Shown one piece after another: positions 39,697 through 48,378 of a stretch of DNA of 64,000 nt. This DNA comes from a virus (taxonomy: Duplodnaviria; Heunggongvirae; Uroviricota; Caudoviricetes), in the IMG/VR virus record IMGVR_UViG_3300038492_000258, positions 44,995 through 108,994 of that record, one strand, 5' to 3'. The notes under the pieces are model-generated. The model had not been told where the DNA came from, ran no database searches, and saw nothing but the letters and a program-made list of their open reading frames with translations. The first letter of the stretch is position 1. Every line of letters begins with the position of its first letter. Both the position numbers and the translations under genes were made by a program.

Positions 39697-40279
39697 CCAA
39701 AATTCCTCTCACTATAAGGCGAATCTGTCGTTTAATCCGCGATGGCACCTTACTACCATGACCAGCCTTCATTTTCTCATAATAAGGAATAAGGTTAGGT
39801 GGTAAACTAGATAAGATACTCTCATCTAAAAGTAAGACTTCAATATCTACTGCTAAATTGTTGTCAATAATATCGCTTTCAAGAGAGGCGGGAGCCTTGA
39901 GGGCTGCCTTAGTCGCCATGTTCTTACGATACTGGACAATTTTCTCACAACCAATTTCGTCAATAACGCAGGTACGACGCACCTTATCCCACAGTGGACA
40001 TCTCGAACACGGGGGGTTATTTGGTACGTAAATACCTCTCTTTAAGTTATAAAGAAAGTTCTTGACACATGATTGAAAGAACTTGTAAGGAGAGGGACCA
40101 ATTCGAGAATTATCAAAGGCGGGGATGAGCCTTACGCACTCGGCCCTAATCTCCTGGGCAATGTCCTCATGAGACATCCCAGGGATTGGGTACTTGCGTC
40201 CCTCTGTGTTTACTAATACTTCAACAATGTCGCTAATGCTCTCGTAACTTAAAAGACCACTTGCGGCGACTTCAGTCAT
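39689..40279 (-). CDS. Phage sigma70/ECF-like factor with a Cys4 insert
   Basis: Region 2-like SHEDIAQEIRAECVRLIPAFD...YKFFQSCVKNFLYNLKR, then C-x2-C-x9-C-x6-C; start at ATG 40279 gives an 8-nt overlap. Confidence 0.72.
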   Translation of the reverse strand: MTEVAASGLLSYESISDIVEVLVNTEGRKYPIPGMSHEDIAQEIRAECVRLIPAFDNSRIGPSPYKFFQSCVKNFLYNLKRGIYVPNNPPCSRCPLWDKVRRTCVIDEIGCEKIVQYRKNMATKAALKAPASLESDIIDNNLAVDIEVLLLDESILSSLPPNLIPYYEKMKAGHGSKVPSRIKRQIRLIVRGILDA

Positions 40280-40553
40280 TCTTGGTAGGCGTAGATCCAA
40301 ACGGCTTTAGGTTATTTTCGACATCAACTGTATTTTCGGCTACAGACTTCTTGCGTTCTTCGTCAGTCTGTTCCTTTGATTCTACTTCTTTAAATTTCGG
40401 GCTGGCTTTTGCCAAGCCCTTTTGCGGCTCTTCGGGTGCCTCACCCGTTGCCTTCTGCAAACCTTCAACAGCGGTTTCTTTGCTGTTTACGTTATGACGA
40501 AGACTGTTGCCACCAGTCGCCATATTGGCGATATCTAAATTGTTATCGTTCAT
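40272..40553 (-). CDS. Hypothetical protein (93 aa)
   Basis: ORF track; coupled. Confidence 0.55.
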   Translation of the reverse strand: MNDNNLDIANMATGGNSLRHNVNSKETAVEGLQKATGEAPEEPQKGLAKASPKFKEVESKEQTDEERKKSVAENTVDVENNLKPFGSTPTKND

Positions 40554-40894
40554 AGCTTCTCCACAATATCACAAAATTTATCAGCCAGCTCGTGTAAACT
40601 CTTCCTGAGATCATCCACGTTATCGGCTACAATATAATGACCCGGCTGCCTATCTGCAATAGCCACAATTCTTCCGGCCTCGTTTTTGCAAGAGGCGATC
40701 GTGTTGGGACCGATGTTGACGAGCTTAAAAAGTACGAGCGACTTGTCCGCTGGCACGTTATTTTTTAAGTCTTCGAACTGGTCTTGCGTTAATCTTCGAG
40801 GCTCCATCAGATTTTTTCCAGATTGGGTTGACAAACAGGGTGTCACGGTGTCATAATAGCCCTGTCCAGGCTTGGCCACGACCGCACAGCACAA
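40550..40894 (-). CDS. Hypothetical protein (start uncertain)
   Basis: ORF track TTG start; a later ATG (MEPRRL) is possible. Confidence 0.5.
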   Translation of the reverse strand: MCCAVVAKPGQGYYDTVTPCLSTQSGKNLMEPRRLTQDQFEDLKNNVPADKSLVLFKLVNIGPNTIASCKNEAGRIVAIADRQPGHYIVADNVDDLRKSLHELADKFCDIVEKL

Positions 40895-40988
40895 GGCTTG
40901 ACGGCTTTGGACCCTCTCACTTGGCGGGCCTAATACACGGTACTATAAGGCATTTATGTTCTCTTTTCTTTCTTTTTCAGCCTTTTCT

Positions 40989-40997
40989 TTTAGAGTA
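40989..40997 (+). promoter_or_regulatory. Candidate late promoter core TTTAGAGTA (plus strand)
   Basis: In the divergent intergenic gap, ~40 nt upstream of the metzincin ATG; context TTTTAGAGTACTTTT resembles CTTTAGTGTACTTTT at 25338. Confidence 0.5.
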
Positions 40998-41035
40998 CTT
41001 TTGTTAGGTTGTGCTGTAAGAGTAAGGAGTTCTGA

Positions 41036-41710
41036 ATGAAGAAAGCGTTTATTGCCCTCTGTTTGCTGGTCGCCTCATGCTGTGCCCCGCCTGAGGTGGG
41101 AACCGAAGTGGCAACGCCTGTTGCACCTGATGAGGTTGCATCTGGCCCGAATTCTCTTCCGATGGAAGATGAATTTATGGTACGCGTGAATATGGCAGTG
41201 CTAGATTCGTATGAAGATGACTATCCTGTTATGTATCAGGCTCTTATGGATGCCATTCAAGAATGGAGCGGCTATCTACCGGTAGAGTTTGGCGTGTATA
41301 AAATTGGTCCGAAGTCGGGTGCTTTTATGCCACTGGGAACTACACGCGTCCAAATGTTTGATTTTCATGATGAACCAGACGACAACAAAATCGATTACGT
41401 CGGTCTTTTTAGTTTTGCTGAGAATGCGTTACGATTAGATGTCGCCGACCTTCAGGGAGATTATGACAGATCTCGTGCAGTAATTTTACACGAGATGGGT
41501 CACATGTTTGGACTGTCGCATGTTTACGGTCAAAATGATAGAATGGCAAGAACTGGCGATATTCGGCTTGACATTCCGACCGCAAAGGGGTATATAATGT
41601 TTTACTCCTCTGCCGATGGTGTAGATCCAGGTCAGAAAAAATTGTCCGAGCTTGAGATTAAGCTAGCCAGAGATTACATTTTAAACATCCTAAGGACACC
41701 GAACCATTAA
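41036..41710 (+). CDS. Lipoprotein-like Zn metalloprotease (metzincin/matrixin)
   Basis: Signal MKKAFIALCLLVASC; HEMGHMFGLSH (HExxHxxGxxH); Met-turn YIMF; SD AAGGAG. Confidence 0.88.
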   Translation: MKKAFIALCLLVASCCAPPEVGTEVATPVAPDEVASGPNSLPMEDEFMVRVNMAVLDSYEDDYPVMYQALMDAIQEWSGYLPVEFGVYKIGPKSGAFMPLGTTRVQMFDFHDEPDDNKIDYVGLFSFAENALRLDVADLQGDYDRSRAVILHEMGHMFGLSHVYGQNDRMARTGDIRLDIPTAKGYIMFYSSADGVDPGQKKLSELEIKLARDYILNILRTPNH

Positions 41711-41711
41711 A

Positions 41712-42008
41712 ATGACGAACAAGCTAGAATATGTGACTGCTGTCAGGGTAGTTGGCGGTAAGGTGCGAGGTTCTGAAGTTAATACGTTGACAGAACTGAC
41801 TGAACCCATGAAGCAAGCTGTGGCAGCTCTCAAACCGCAAGTGAACAGTTTTGTGCGTGATTGTGTCGTTGGCCGATATGGATTAGACAAAGGTGTCGTG
41901 CAAGTGAAAGTCAAATTTCGCGAAAGCAATGTGTCTCGCGAACAGTCGTTTAAAATTCAGGGGGTAACGCGAGATGACGAATCCACTTCGCGGGGAGACC
42001 CTCGGTGA
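41712..42008 (+). CDS. Hypothetical protein (98 aa)
   Basis: ORF track; follows the upstream stop directly. Confidence 0.6.
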   Translation: MTNKLEYVTAVRVVGGKVRGSEVNTLTELTEPMKQAVAALKPQVNSFVRDCVVGRYGLDKGVVQVKVKFRESNVSREQSFKIQGVTRDDESTSRGDPR

Positions 42009-42183
42009 TATCGAACAAGAGGGCTTTACCACAGAAATCCTAGCCTGGTTACAGGCTAGGATTGATGCATATAGAGCTAACTATGGAACTGGTGAACATT
42101 TACACTTAGATACTCGTGTTTCTGAGCTAGAAGCCGTAAAACGATATATAAAAACAGGAGACGGTGATGAAACGGAGCTTTAA
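41974..42183 (+). CDS. Hypothetical protein (69 aa)
   Basis: ORF track; overlapping chain. Confidence 0.55.
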   Translation: MTNPLRGETLGDIEQEGFTTEILAWLQARIDAYRANYGTGEHLHLDTRVSELEAVKRYIKTGDGDETEL

Positions 42184-42802
42184 AGAGATCTTGGCTGACG
42201 CCAAAAGAGACGTTCAAGAGAAAGTGACACAGCCAGTTGCTGAGCCACCGGAGATGCGACCAAGCGTTCCGCGAGCCGAAACAGAACGAGACAATGAAGA
42301 ATTGTTGGGTACAATTCATAATTTACTAAAACAAAGATTAGCTGACGCAAGGTCAGATGAAACTGTAGAAGTTTTAGAGGGTCTATTAGATCTACTTGAA
42401 ACAGAAACGTTTGAGCCAATTGAAACGACTGGACCACAACACGTTGTCTTAAAAGATCGTCTCGGCAACGTTGGCAATTTGTGGATTGTGGGCGGCCGAC
42501 TAAAGCTAAATGATGTGGTGCTACGCCGTAAAGGCGTGGAAGAACTGCGTTCTCGTTTGACGCATTTTTTAAATGCGGGCTATTTTTCTTATCGGTCTCC
42601 TGAAGACGAAGATGTTCCCGTAGGAAACGATCTCAATATGCCCGATGATATTTATCGTAGCTTACAGCCACATTTTACGGGTGATGAACAAATGAGAGCA
42701 TGGTGGAATTCTCCAAATGAAATATTTGAAGGCCGTAGACCATTCCAAGTGTCCGATGACCGTCTTAGAACGTACATCCGTGAAAGATTCGGAGAACAGT
42801 AA
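42164..42802 (+). CDS. Hypothetical protein with C-terminal Xre/MbcA/ParS-like motif
   Basis: FTGDEQMRAWWNSPNEIFEGRRPFQV resembles the W-x3-PN-x3-G-x-x-P antitoxin C-terminal motif. Confidence 0.55.
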   Translation: MMKRSFKEILADAKRDVQEKVTQPVAEPPEMRPSVPRAETERDNEELLGTIHNLLKQRLADARSDETVEVLEGLLDLLETETFEPIETTGPQHVVLKDRLGNVGNLWIVGGRLKLNDVVLRRKGVEELRSRLTHFLNAGYFSYRSPEDEDVPVGNDLNMPDDIYRSLQPHFTGDEQMRAWWNSPNEIFEGRRPFQVSDDRLRTYIRERFGEQ

Positions 42803-43073
42803 TTGGTTTACTAAATGGCGTAATAACGTCGCCTTGCGACGTAAGCTATTTAAAGAAACCAAACAACAACAAGACTTGTTGCAAGCTCGTATTGATGCTT
42901 GTAATATGGAACTGCGTAAGATTGAAGGGCACTCTCATTTTGGATCGTTTCCATATCGTCTACAGTATCGTCAGTTAGTAGACTTTACGCAAGAGAAGAT
43001 GTTGGTGGATGCATTCTTACGAAATAAGGGAATTCTATGGGTTTGGTTTAAGTTACCTGGGACATTCCTATGA
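42717..43073 (+). CDS. Hypothetical protein (start uncertain)
   Basis: ORF track; ATGA overlap with iscA. Confidence 0.55.
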   Translation: MKYLKAVDHSKCPMTVLERTSVKDSENSNWFTKWRNNVALRRKLFKETKQQQDLLQARIDACNMELRKIEGHSHFGSFPYRLQYRQLVDFTQEKMLVDAFLRNKGILWVWFKLPGTFL

Positions 43074-43396
43074 TCACTCTTACCGAGACCGCACGGAAAG
43101 AAATTCAACGTATCGTTTGCGAGCAAGGTCTCGGTACGGTATATTTGCGTGTTGGCGTTAAGGGAGGCGGCTGTAGTGGCTTCTCTTATACACTGGGTTT
43201 CGACGATGCTCAACCCAGTGAAGTTGATCAGGTCTTCGACCTAGAAGACATCAGAGTGGTGTGTGATCCAAAAAGCTTTCTTTATTTGAACGGACTTGAA
43301 ATTGATTTTGAAGAAAGTTTGATGGGTCGTGGTTTCAAATTCAATAATCCAAACGCGAGCAAGAGTTGCGGATGTGGGGAGTCATTTAGTGCATGA
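43070..43396 (+). CDS. iscA: A-type Fe-S cluster carrier (IscA/HesB family)
   Basis: ITLTETA, LRVGVKGGGCSGFSY, GFKFNNPNA..SCGCGESF with all three Cys. Confidence 0.96.
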   Translation: MITLTETARKEIQRIVCEQGLGTVYLRVGVKGGGCSGFSYTLGFDDAQPSEVDQVFDLEDIRVVCDPKSFLYLNGLEIDFEESLMGRGFKFNNPNASKSCGCGESFSA

Positions 43397-43887
43397 CAGT
43401 TTATTACGTTTATACAGATAAAGACACCAAGGATCCTAACGCTCAAGTATACCTTGTTCCCGATCCTGTGCTATACGCAAAGACGAATTACAATCCTGCT
43501 TTACATAAGTTTACCGGAGCACGAATTGACGCAAATAGTCCTGGTGAAGCTCTAAAGGCATACGCCAATCCAGGTGCAGCAAAATGTGAAATTGCATTTG
43601 TGGACGAACCCGAGGCAACCGCTAAGGCCCCACAAAAACGAGATGTAGCTCAGATTAAACGGGAACTGCAAGGTACCTTCGAAGACGTATGTCTTCGCAA
43701 ATTAGATGAATTGCATCATAATGTAGAACTGGTTTTTAAAGCCTTGGTCGGTCTACATCTACAATTAAGACCAGAGACAACGGAGACTAAAAAGCAACTC
43801 CTACAAAACCTAAGACTAAAATTTGCAAAGGCAATTATCAGGGGGCGGGGAGATGAAGGTCAAAGTAACACAGATATCACTGCATAG
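43393..43887 (+). CDS. Hypothetical protein (164 aa)
   Basis: ORF track; coupled. Confidence 0.65.
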   Translation: MTVYYVYTDKDTKDPNAQVYLVPDPVLYAKTNYNPALHKFTGARIDANSPGEALKAYANPGAAKCEIAFVDEPEATAKAPQKRDVAQIKRELQGTFEDVCLRKLDELHHNVELVFKALVGLHLQLRPETTETKKQLLQNLRLKFAKAIIRGRGDEGQSNTDITA

Positions 43888-44140
43888 TAAGGAAGAGATT
43901 GAGATAGATTTCGATTACGAAATCAGTGGCAAGGTTATTAGTTTTAGCTTTTGCGGGCTAGCTATGATCAACACGAAACAGTGCCCGATTAAACAACTCA
44001 AACGTGAAGGATGGAAATTTAATACGTTTGAGCATCAATACTATATTAGTCCTGAAGAGATTACAAGAATCATAGATGAATGTCAAGCTAAATCTCGGGG
44101 AACCGACACCGATCGCTTCCTCGATCCTCACGGAACGTGA
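43853..44140 (+). CDS. Hypothetical protein (95 aa)
   Basis: ATG 43853 with GGGGAG SD. Confidence 0.6.
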   Translation: MKVKVTQISLHSKEEIEIDFDYEISGKVISFSFCGLAMINTKQCPIKQLKREGWKFNTFEHQYYISPEEITRIIDECQAKSRGTDTDRFLDPHGT

Positions 44141-44627
44141 CGTAGAATTACACAAGATTTACCTAGAAATGGCGGCGGTGCAATCAAAGGCGTCGCGATG
44201 CCAGAGGGGTAAAGTAGGAGCCTTGCTCCTAGATAAACGTGGGCAAGTTCGTTCCGCAGGATTCAATGGTCATCCAGTAAAAACCGGATGTGATCATATC
44301 TGTTTTAGGGAAGGTATTCCCTCTGGTGAACAGGAAGAAGTACGGTGTTGCGAACACGCTGAGGCTAACTGTCTCCTCTTTGCACGCTCTGAGGATGCTA
44401 TCGGTGGCACTTTGTATACTATTACTAGACCGTGTACGGTCTGTGCCAATATCATTATGCAAAGTCGGGTTTATCAGTTAGTAACTCCATTCCATTCAAA
44501 TTATCGTATGGAAGGTCTTGAGCACATCAGGCGTCTTACGGAAACCTACGATTTACAGCCTGGTGGACCAAACAGTCGTCTCAATATTATCGAGATTGAT
44601 CTTGACGATCCCAGTGGACTGGGATAG
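44076..44627 (+). CDS. dCMP deaminase-like protein
   Basis: SRC..GKVGALL, GFNG, EHAEAN, PCTVC Zn motifs. Confidence 0.9.
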   Translation: MNVKLNLGEPTPIASSILTERDVELHKIYLEMAAVQSKASRCQRGKVGALLLDKRGQVRSAGFNGHPVKTGCDHICFREGIPSGEQEEVRCCEHAEANCLLFARSEDAIGGTLYTITRPCTVCANIIMQSRVYQLVTPFHSNYRMEGLEHIRRLTETYDLQPGGPNSRLNIIEIDLDDPSGLG

Positions 44628-44630
44628 TAT
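44602..44630 (+). promoter_or_regulatory. Sigma70-like leaderless promoter TTGACG-N17-TAGTAT with 8-bp inverted repeat in spacer
   Basis: ATCCCAGT-GG-ACTGGGAT; ATG 6 nt after the -10 box. Confidence 0.6.
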
Positions 44631-44636
44631 AGGGCT

Positions 44637-45239
44637 ATGCAGAGAACTTGGTACGAATGGCTAACGGCTCGCTTAGCGGCGATGAACGACGGCAAGGGCT
44701 ACAGACTGTTTGGTGGACTCATCAAATGGGGTGGCCAGCGTATGATTCGTCGGGAACTAGATGAGGAAGAAGTAGATTATCTGGAAAGATTTTACATTCT
44801 TTCTACGCCATTTTTAGGGATCTACATTCATCGTTTCTGGTGCGATGATGACGATGGTCTTCATGATCATCCGTGGCATTCTCTTGGTGTTGTTTTGGAG
44901 GGTGCGTATAATGAAGAGATGCCAGAACGACAAGGCGTGCCTTATGGTCCTACAATTACCAAGCTACGTCAGCCATGGAGCCTAATGCGGCCATGGCGGA
45001 TTTTTGGTCGTTCAAAGTATTCGGCTCATCGTGTGACTGTACCTAATTGGGTAGCGAGTCCGCCATGGACGCTGTTTATTCGATTTGGTTTCAAAAGGCG
45101 TCCTTGGGGATTCTATCGTGATCGTGGTTGGGAAGCTGCCGAAGTGCAGTCTCGTGAAGAGGAGCTTGCTATTACAAAATGGGAAACACAAGAACATCAA
45201 CAGCCACGGAAGACCCGTGGCCATCAGACGAGTTGTTAA
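44637..45239 (+). CDS. Cupin-fold phage protein
   Basis: IYIHRF...LHDHPW.SLGVVLEGAYNE...AHRV...WTLF metal-binding cupin pattern. Confidence 0.75.
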   Translation: MQRTWYEWLTARLAAMNDGKGYRLFGGLIKWGGQRMIRRELDEEEVDYLERFYILSTPFLGIYIHRFWCDDDDGLHDHPWHSLGVVLEGAYNEEMPERQGVPYGPTITKLRQPWSLMRPWRIFGRSKYSAHRVTVPNWVASPPWTLFIRFGFKRRPWGFYRDRGWEAAEVQSREEELAITKWETQEHQQPRKTRGHQTSC

Positions 45240-45367
45240 CCGAGTTGCTATTCAAACTAACGCAGGTGCTAGATGGTAAAAAACAAATCGATGTTAAGCC
45301 TATGCATGGCGATAATTTTGGCCATGGTTTCACTATCCGAATCGTCCCACGCCCAGAGAGACGCTAG
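45179..45367 (+). CDS. Hypothetical protein (start uncertain)
   Basis: ORF track; competes with the overlapping 45273-45596 frame. Confidence 0.35.
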   Translation: MGNTRTSTATEDPWPSDELLTELLFKLTQVLDGKKQIDVKPMHGDNFGHGFTIRIVPRPERR

Positions 45368-45447
45368 GACGCGACGTGTAGTCGTTCTTAATACCAATAA
45401 GACACAAATTGTGAGGCGTCGCCCACCTGTGCGACGGGTAGTACTCA

Positions 45448-45660
45448 ATGAAAGAGTGCCGAGAAGAACATACGTGGGTTTCACCCGAGTTTACACACGA
45501 GAAACGCCGGTTTTGCGTAGAGTGCGGACGTGTCGAACTGTACAGCGGCCTCGAACAGAGGTACGTCGGACAAGGGTTCTTTTACGACGACGCTGAAGTA
45601 ATTGCAGGATTTATGCCAGATGACCTCAAAGAAAACAACATGGAAAATTGCGGTCGATAA
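45448..45660 (+). CDS. Small protein with H/CxxC motif (70 aa)
   Basis: C.EEHTW...FCVECG; preferred over the Arg-rich overlapping frame. Confidence 0.45.
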   Translation: MKECREEHTWVSPEFTHEKRRFCVECGRVELYSGLEQRYVGQGFFYDDAEVIAGFMPDDLKENNMENCGR

Positions 45661-45970
45661 AGACGGCAATCATTATCATTACGACGACCCGTGGCGACTT
45701 CGCAATGGCGACATTTCGATGGTCGAACCATTTGAGTTCGAAGATCGTCTATATTACTTAGACTATGAAAAGGGCCGCAGTCGGGTAACTATTCGATTTA
45801 AGTCACTGTCTAACGATCGCACTTATGATACGACTCTTGGAGAGTATCTTACTAATATTTTGCCAAACGGCGAAATTGAGAATGGTGTTTTTTCTATCAA
45901 GGGACGCTTTGGTTTTAAGAAACAAGGAACCTCAACGGCAATTGTCCTGTTAGACGGAGTCTATAAATGA
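45620..45970 (+). CDS. Hypothetical protein
   Basis: ORF track 45602-45970; ATG at 45620. Confidence 0.65.
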   Translation: MTSKKTTWKIAVDKDGNHYHYDDPWRLRNGDISMVEPFEFEDRLYYLDYEKGRSRVTIRFKSLSNDRTYDTTLGEYLTNILPNGEIENGVFSIKGRFGFKKQGTSTAIVLLDGVYK

Positions 45971-46446
45971 GGATCGCCGTGACGGGGCATCGTCCCGATA
46001 AACTCGGTGGTTATAGAGCCGACCTCAATTTTCGTAAGGTTCGTCGTCACATGCGACAATTTTTGTGGGATGCTCCCGAGGGGGAGTTAACGCTCCTTTC
46101 TGGAGGAGCCCTAGGAATTGATCAGTTTTGGATACAGGTCGGTCTATATCTAGACCTCCCTGTAGTTGCTGCGTTGCCGTTTGAAGGTTACGACGCAAAA
46201 TGGCCAGCGGCAAGTCGTCAAGAATACGAAAAACTACTTGACCGATGTCAAGAGGTCAGGTATGTTTGTGAGCCTGGTTACTCACCTACGAAGCTACAAA
46301 CTCGGAACGAGTGGCTCGTAGATAACTGCGATACGTTAGTAGCCTATTGGACAGGTCAGCCTGGAGGCACGTCCAATTGTATTGATTACGCTGGGTCGCA
46401 GGGCAGACGTACTGTTATTTTTGATCTAAACGAGATTTTGTCATGA
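45967..46446 (+). CDS. SLOG superfamily, YspA/DUF1273-like protein
   Basis: IAVTGHRP, SGGALGIDQ, AALPFEG...KW, RNEWLVD, AYW.G..GGTSNC. Confidence 0.9.
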   Translation: MRIAVTGHRPDKLGGYRADLNFRKVRRHMRQFLWDAPEGELTLLSGGALGIDQFWIQVGLYLDLPVVAALPFEGYDAKWPAASRQEYEKLLDRCQEVRYVCEPGYSPTKLQTRNEWLVDNCDTLVAYWTGQPGGTSNCIDYAGSQGRRTVIFDLNEILS

Positions 46447-46853
46447 AGCTAGACATTACCTTTTTGTTCGTGATTCTGGTTTTGATTACTGGAGCATTTG
46501 TTATTGGGGCTACTCAGGATGAAGTCGCTCCTCCAATCACATTTGATGTTATGTTCGATGCTGTTTATAAGCAGTCTGCTACTGAAGCCGAAATGATTGA
46601 AATGGCAGAGGCTCTTGGTATTGAAAATACATTTATCTACGATGCTGACATGACAAGGTCATTAGCGGCCTATGATGTAGATACACGAATCATTTTTGGT
46701 GCTCAACATATTATCACCGAACTGGTTACTGCCAAGACAAAAATTGGTTCATCTTACATGCGTCGTCCTGGTGAAGATTCACGTTGGCAAACATTATATG
46801 TAGAGCCACTCCATGAAGACGGTGTTCACAAAAATAAGTATTTCGCAGAATGA
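46443..46853 (+). CDS. Membrane-anchored/secreted hypothetical protein
   Basis: N-terminal hydrophobic stretch. Confidence 0.65.
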   Translation: MKLDITFLFVILVLITGAFVIGATQDEVAPPITFDVMFDAVYKQSATEAEMIEMAEALGIENTFIYDADMTRSLAAYDVDTRIIFGAQHIITELVTAKTKIGSSYMRRPGEDSRWQTLYVEPLHEDGVHKNKYFAE

Positions 46854-47461
46854 GCTACTACTTTATTAATGCTGACGAGAAGGTCTGGTGTGGATCAGAT
46901 CGAGACTATGCTCTAGAACATAGTCATACTGTTTGGCAACAGGGGGCTGTTATTGGTAAAGATTCTCATGGCGACGATATTTATGAATGGCTTTTGTTAA
47001 AAACAAAATGGCCTGGATACGAAGAATATGCTTGGTGGGAACCAAATAGAGAATCTAAGCCGTGGACGCTTTGGAACGGTCTGGTTGTTGATGTGACGGA
47101 AATTAGGGGCATTGATGCTGGACCTCCGCATAACATGCAGGGGCCAATCCTGTTAGGGGCTATCGAACCTAAAGAAGAATCTCCTTTTAACCTCAATGAA
47201 ATCGAAAACTTAGTCAAGCAAAAACAGCAAGCGTTTAATTACAAAGATCAATTAGAAAAAGAAATTGCTAACCAGAACCCCCTCAGGGGTTATGCGTTGG
47301 AGCCCTCTGAAATAGAAAAAAGAATAGAGGCGGCTCAGGCGAAAGCAGAACGAACGGCGGCTCGCGAAAAAGCGTTATACGAGAATTTAATTAAAAGTCA
47401 CGCAGACAAAGAATCGATTCAAAAAGCAATTATGGATCATTTGAATAGTCTCGAATATTAA
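46850..47461 (+). CDS. Hypothetical protein (203 aa, C-terminal coiled coil)
   Basis: ORF track; coupled. Confidence 0.65.
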   Translation: MSYYFINADEKVWCGSDRDYALEHSHTVWQQGAVIGKDSHGDDIYEWLLLKTKWPGYEEYAWWEPNRESKPWTLWNGLVVDVTEIRGIDAGPPHNMQGPILLGAIEPKEESPFNLNEIENLVKQKQQAFNYKDQLEKEIANQNPLRGYALEPSEIEKRIEAAQAKAERTAAREKALYENLIKSHADKESIQKAIMDHLNSLEY

Positions 47462-47463
47462 TA

Positions 47464-48378
47464 ATGAAAACTTTAGTTCGCACAGTATTTGGTTCGGAAC
47501 TATATGGCACCAGCACGCCCGCAAGTGACCGTGACGAAAAAGGGGTGTTCATGCCAGATACTCGCGATATTTTACTTGGCAGAATCCCCAAAACGGCCAA
47601 TTTGTCGGTGAAGGATGACACTCGACGCAACTCCCCCGGCGAACTGGACGGCGACATGTACAGTCTCCATCATTTTGTTAAATTGGCGTGCCAGGGGCAA
47701 ACGGTCGCCATCGACATGCTCTGGACTCCAAGGGAAATGATCTTGGAAGATTCAGAGACTTGGAATGAGCTAATTTCTCTACGAGAAAAGTTTTTGTCTA
47801 AAAACATGAAGGCGTTCGTGGGTTATGCACGGGCACAGGCTGCGAAGTATAGCTTAAAGGGCGATCGTCTAACTAAATTGCGAGAGTTTTTAGCTGTGCT
47901 AAAAAATAGCGATCCTAGTGACTGCCTTGCACATGTTTGGGATAAGTTGCCCCAAGACGACGAGCGTGAAGGACCGCATTGTACAGAACTACAAATTGCG
48001 GGTAAGTGGTTTGGTAGAACCACACGTATCGATCACGTCAAAGAATCTGTAGAAAGCTTGATTGCACGATACGGCAAGCGTGCTAATGCTGCGGCTACGG
48101 CCGATGGTCGTGATTGGAAAGCACTAAGTCATGCTTTGCGGGTGAGTCTAGAACTTAAGGAGCTTTTGCAAACAAAACGCTTACGATTCCCGCTGTATGA
48201 TGCTGATACCTTAACTGCAATTAAAACAGGCGTATACGAGCTATCGGAAGTACAGCGGCTCATCGATCATACGCTTGAAGAAATTGAGACACTTATGGAG
48301 TCCAGTAATTTGCCCGAAAAGGTAGATTACAAATTCTGGGATGACTGGTTGTTTGAAAAAACAAAAAGAATGCTATAA
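47464..48378 (+). CDS. Pol-beta superfamily nucleotidyltransferase (T4 NrdC.11-like)
   Basis: FGSELYGTSTPASDRDEKGVFMP (GS..G...SD.D); helical C-terminus WKALSHALR. Confidence 0.85.
   Translation: MKTLVRTVFGSELYGTSTPASDRDEKGVFMPDTRDILLGRIPKTANLSVKDDTRRNSPGELDGDMYSLHHFVKLACQGQTVAIDMLWTPREMILEDSETWNELISLREKFLSKNMKAFVGYARAQAAKYSLKGDRLTKLREFLAVLKNSDPSDCLAHVWDKLPQDDEREGPHCTELQIAGKWFGRTTRIDHVKESVESLIARYGKRANAAATADGRDWKALSHALRVSLELKELLQTKRLRFPLYDADTLTAIKTGVYELSEVQRLIDHTLEEIETLMESSNLPEKVDYKFWDDWLFEKTKRML

Noticed and set aside
185-40497. Numerous plus-strand ORFs (e.g. 469-753, 3960-4265, 20564-21046, 29042-29497) opposite the structural genes
   Set aside because: Antisense shadows of long minus-strand genes, with Ser/Thr/Pro-biased composition and no RBS context
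45273-45596. 107-aa ORF with apparent signal peptide and Arg/Val-rich body
   Set aside because: The Arg richness is the expected off-frame signature of the Glu/Asp codons in the overlapping 45448-45660 ORF. Not fully excluded; needs proteomics.
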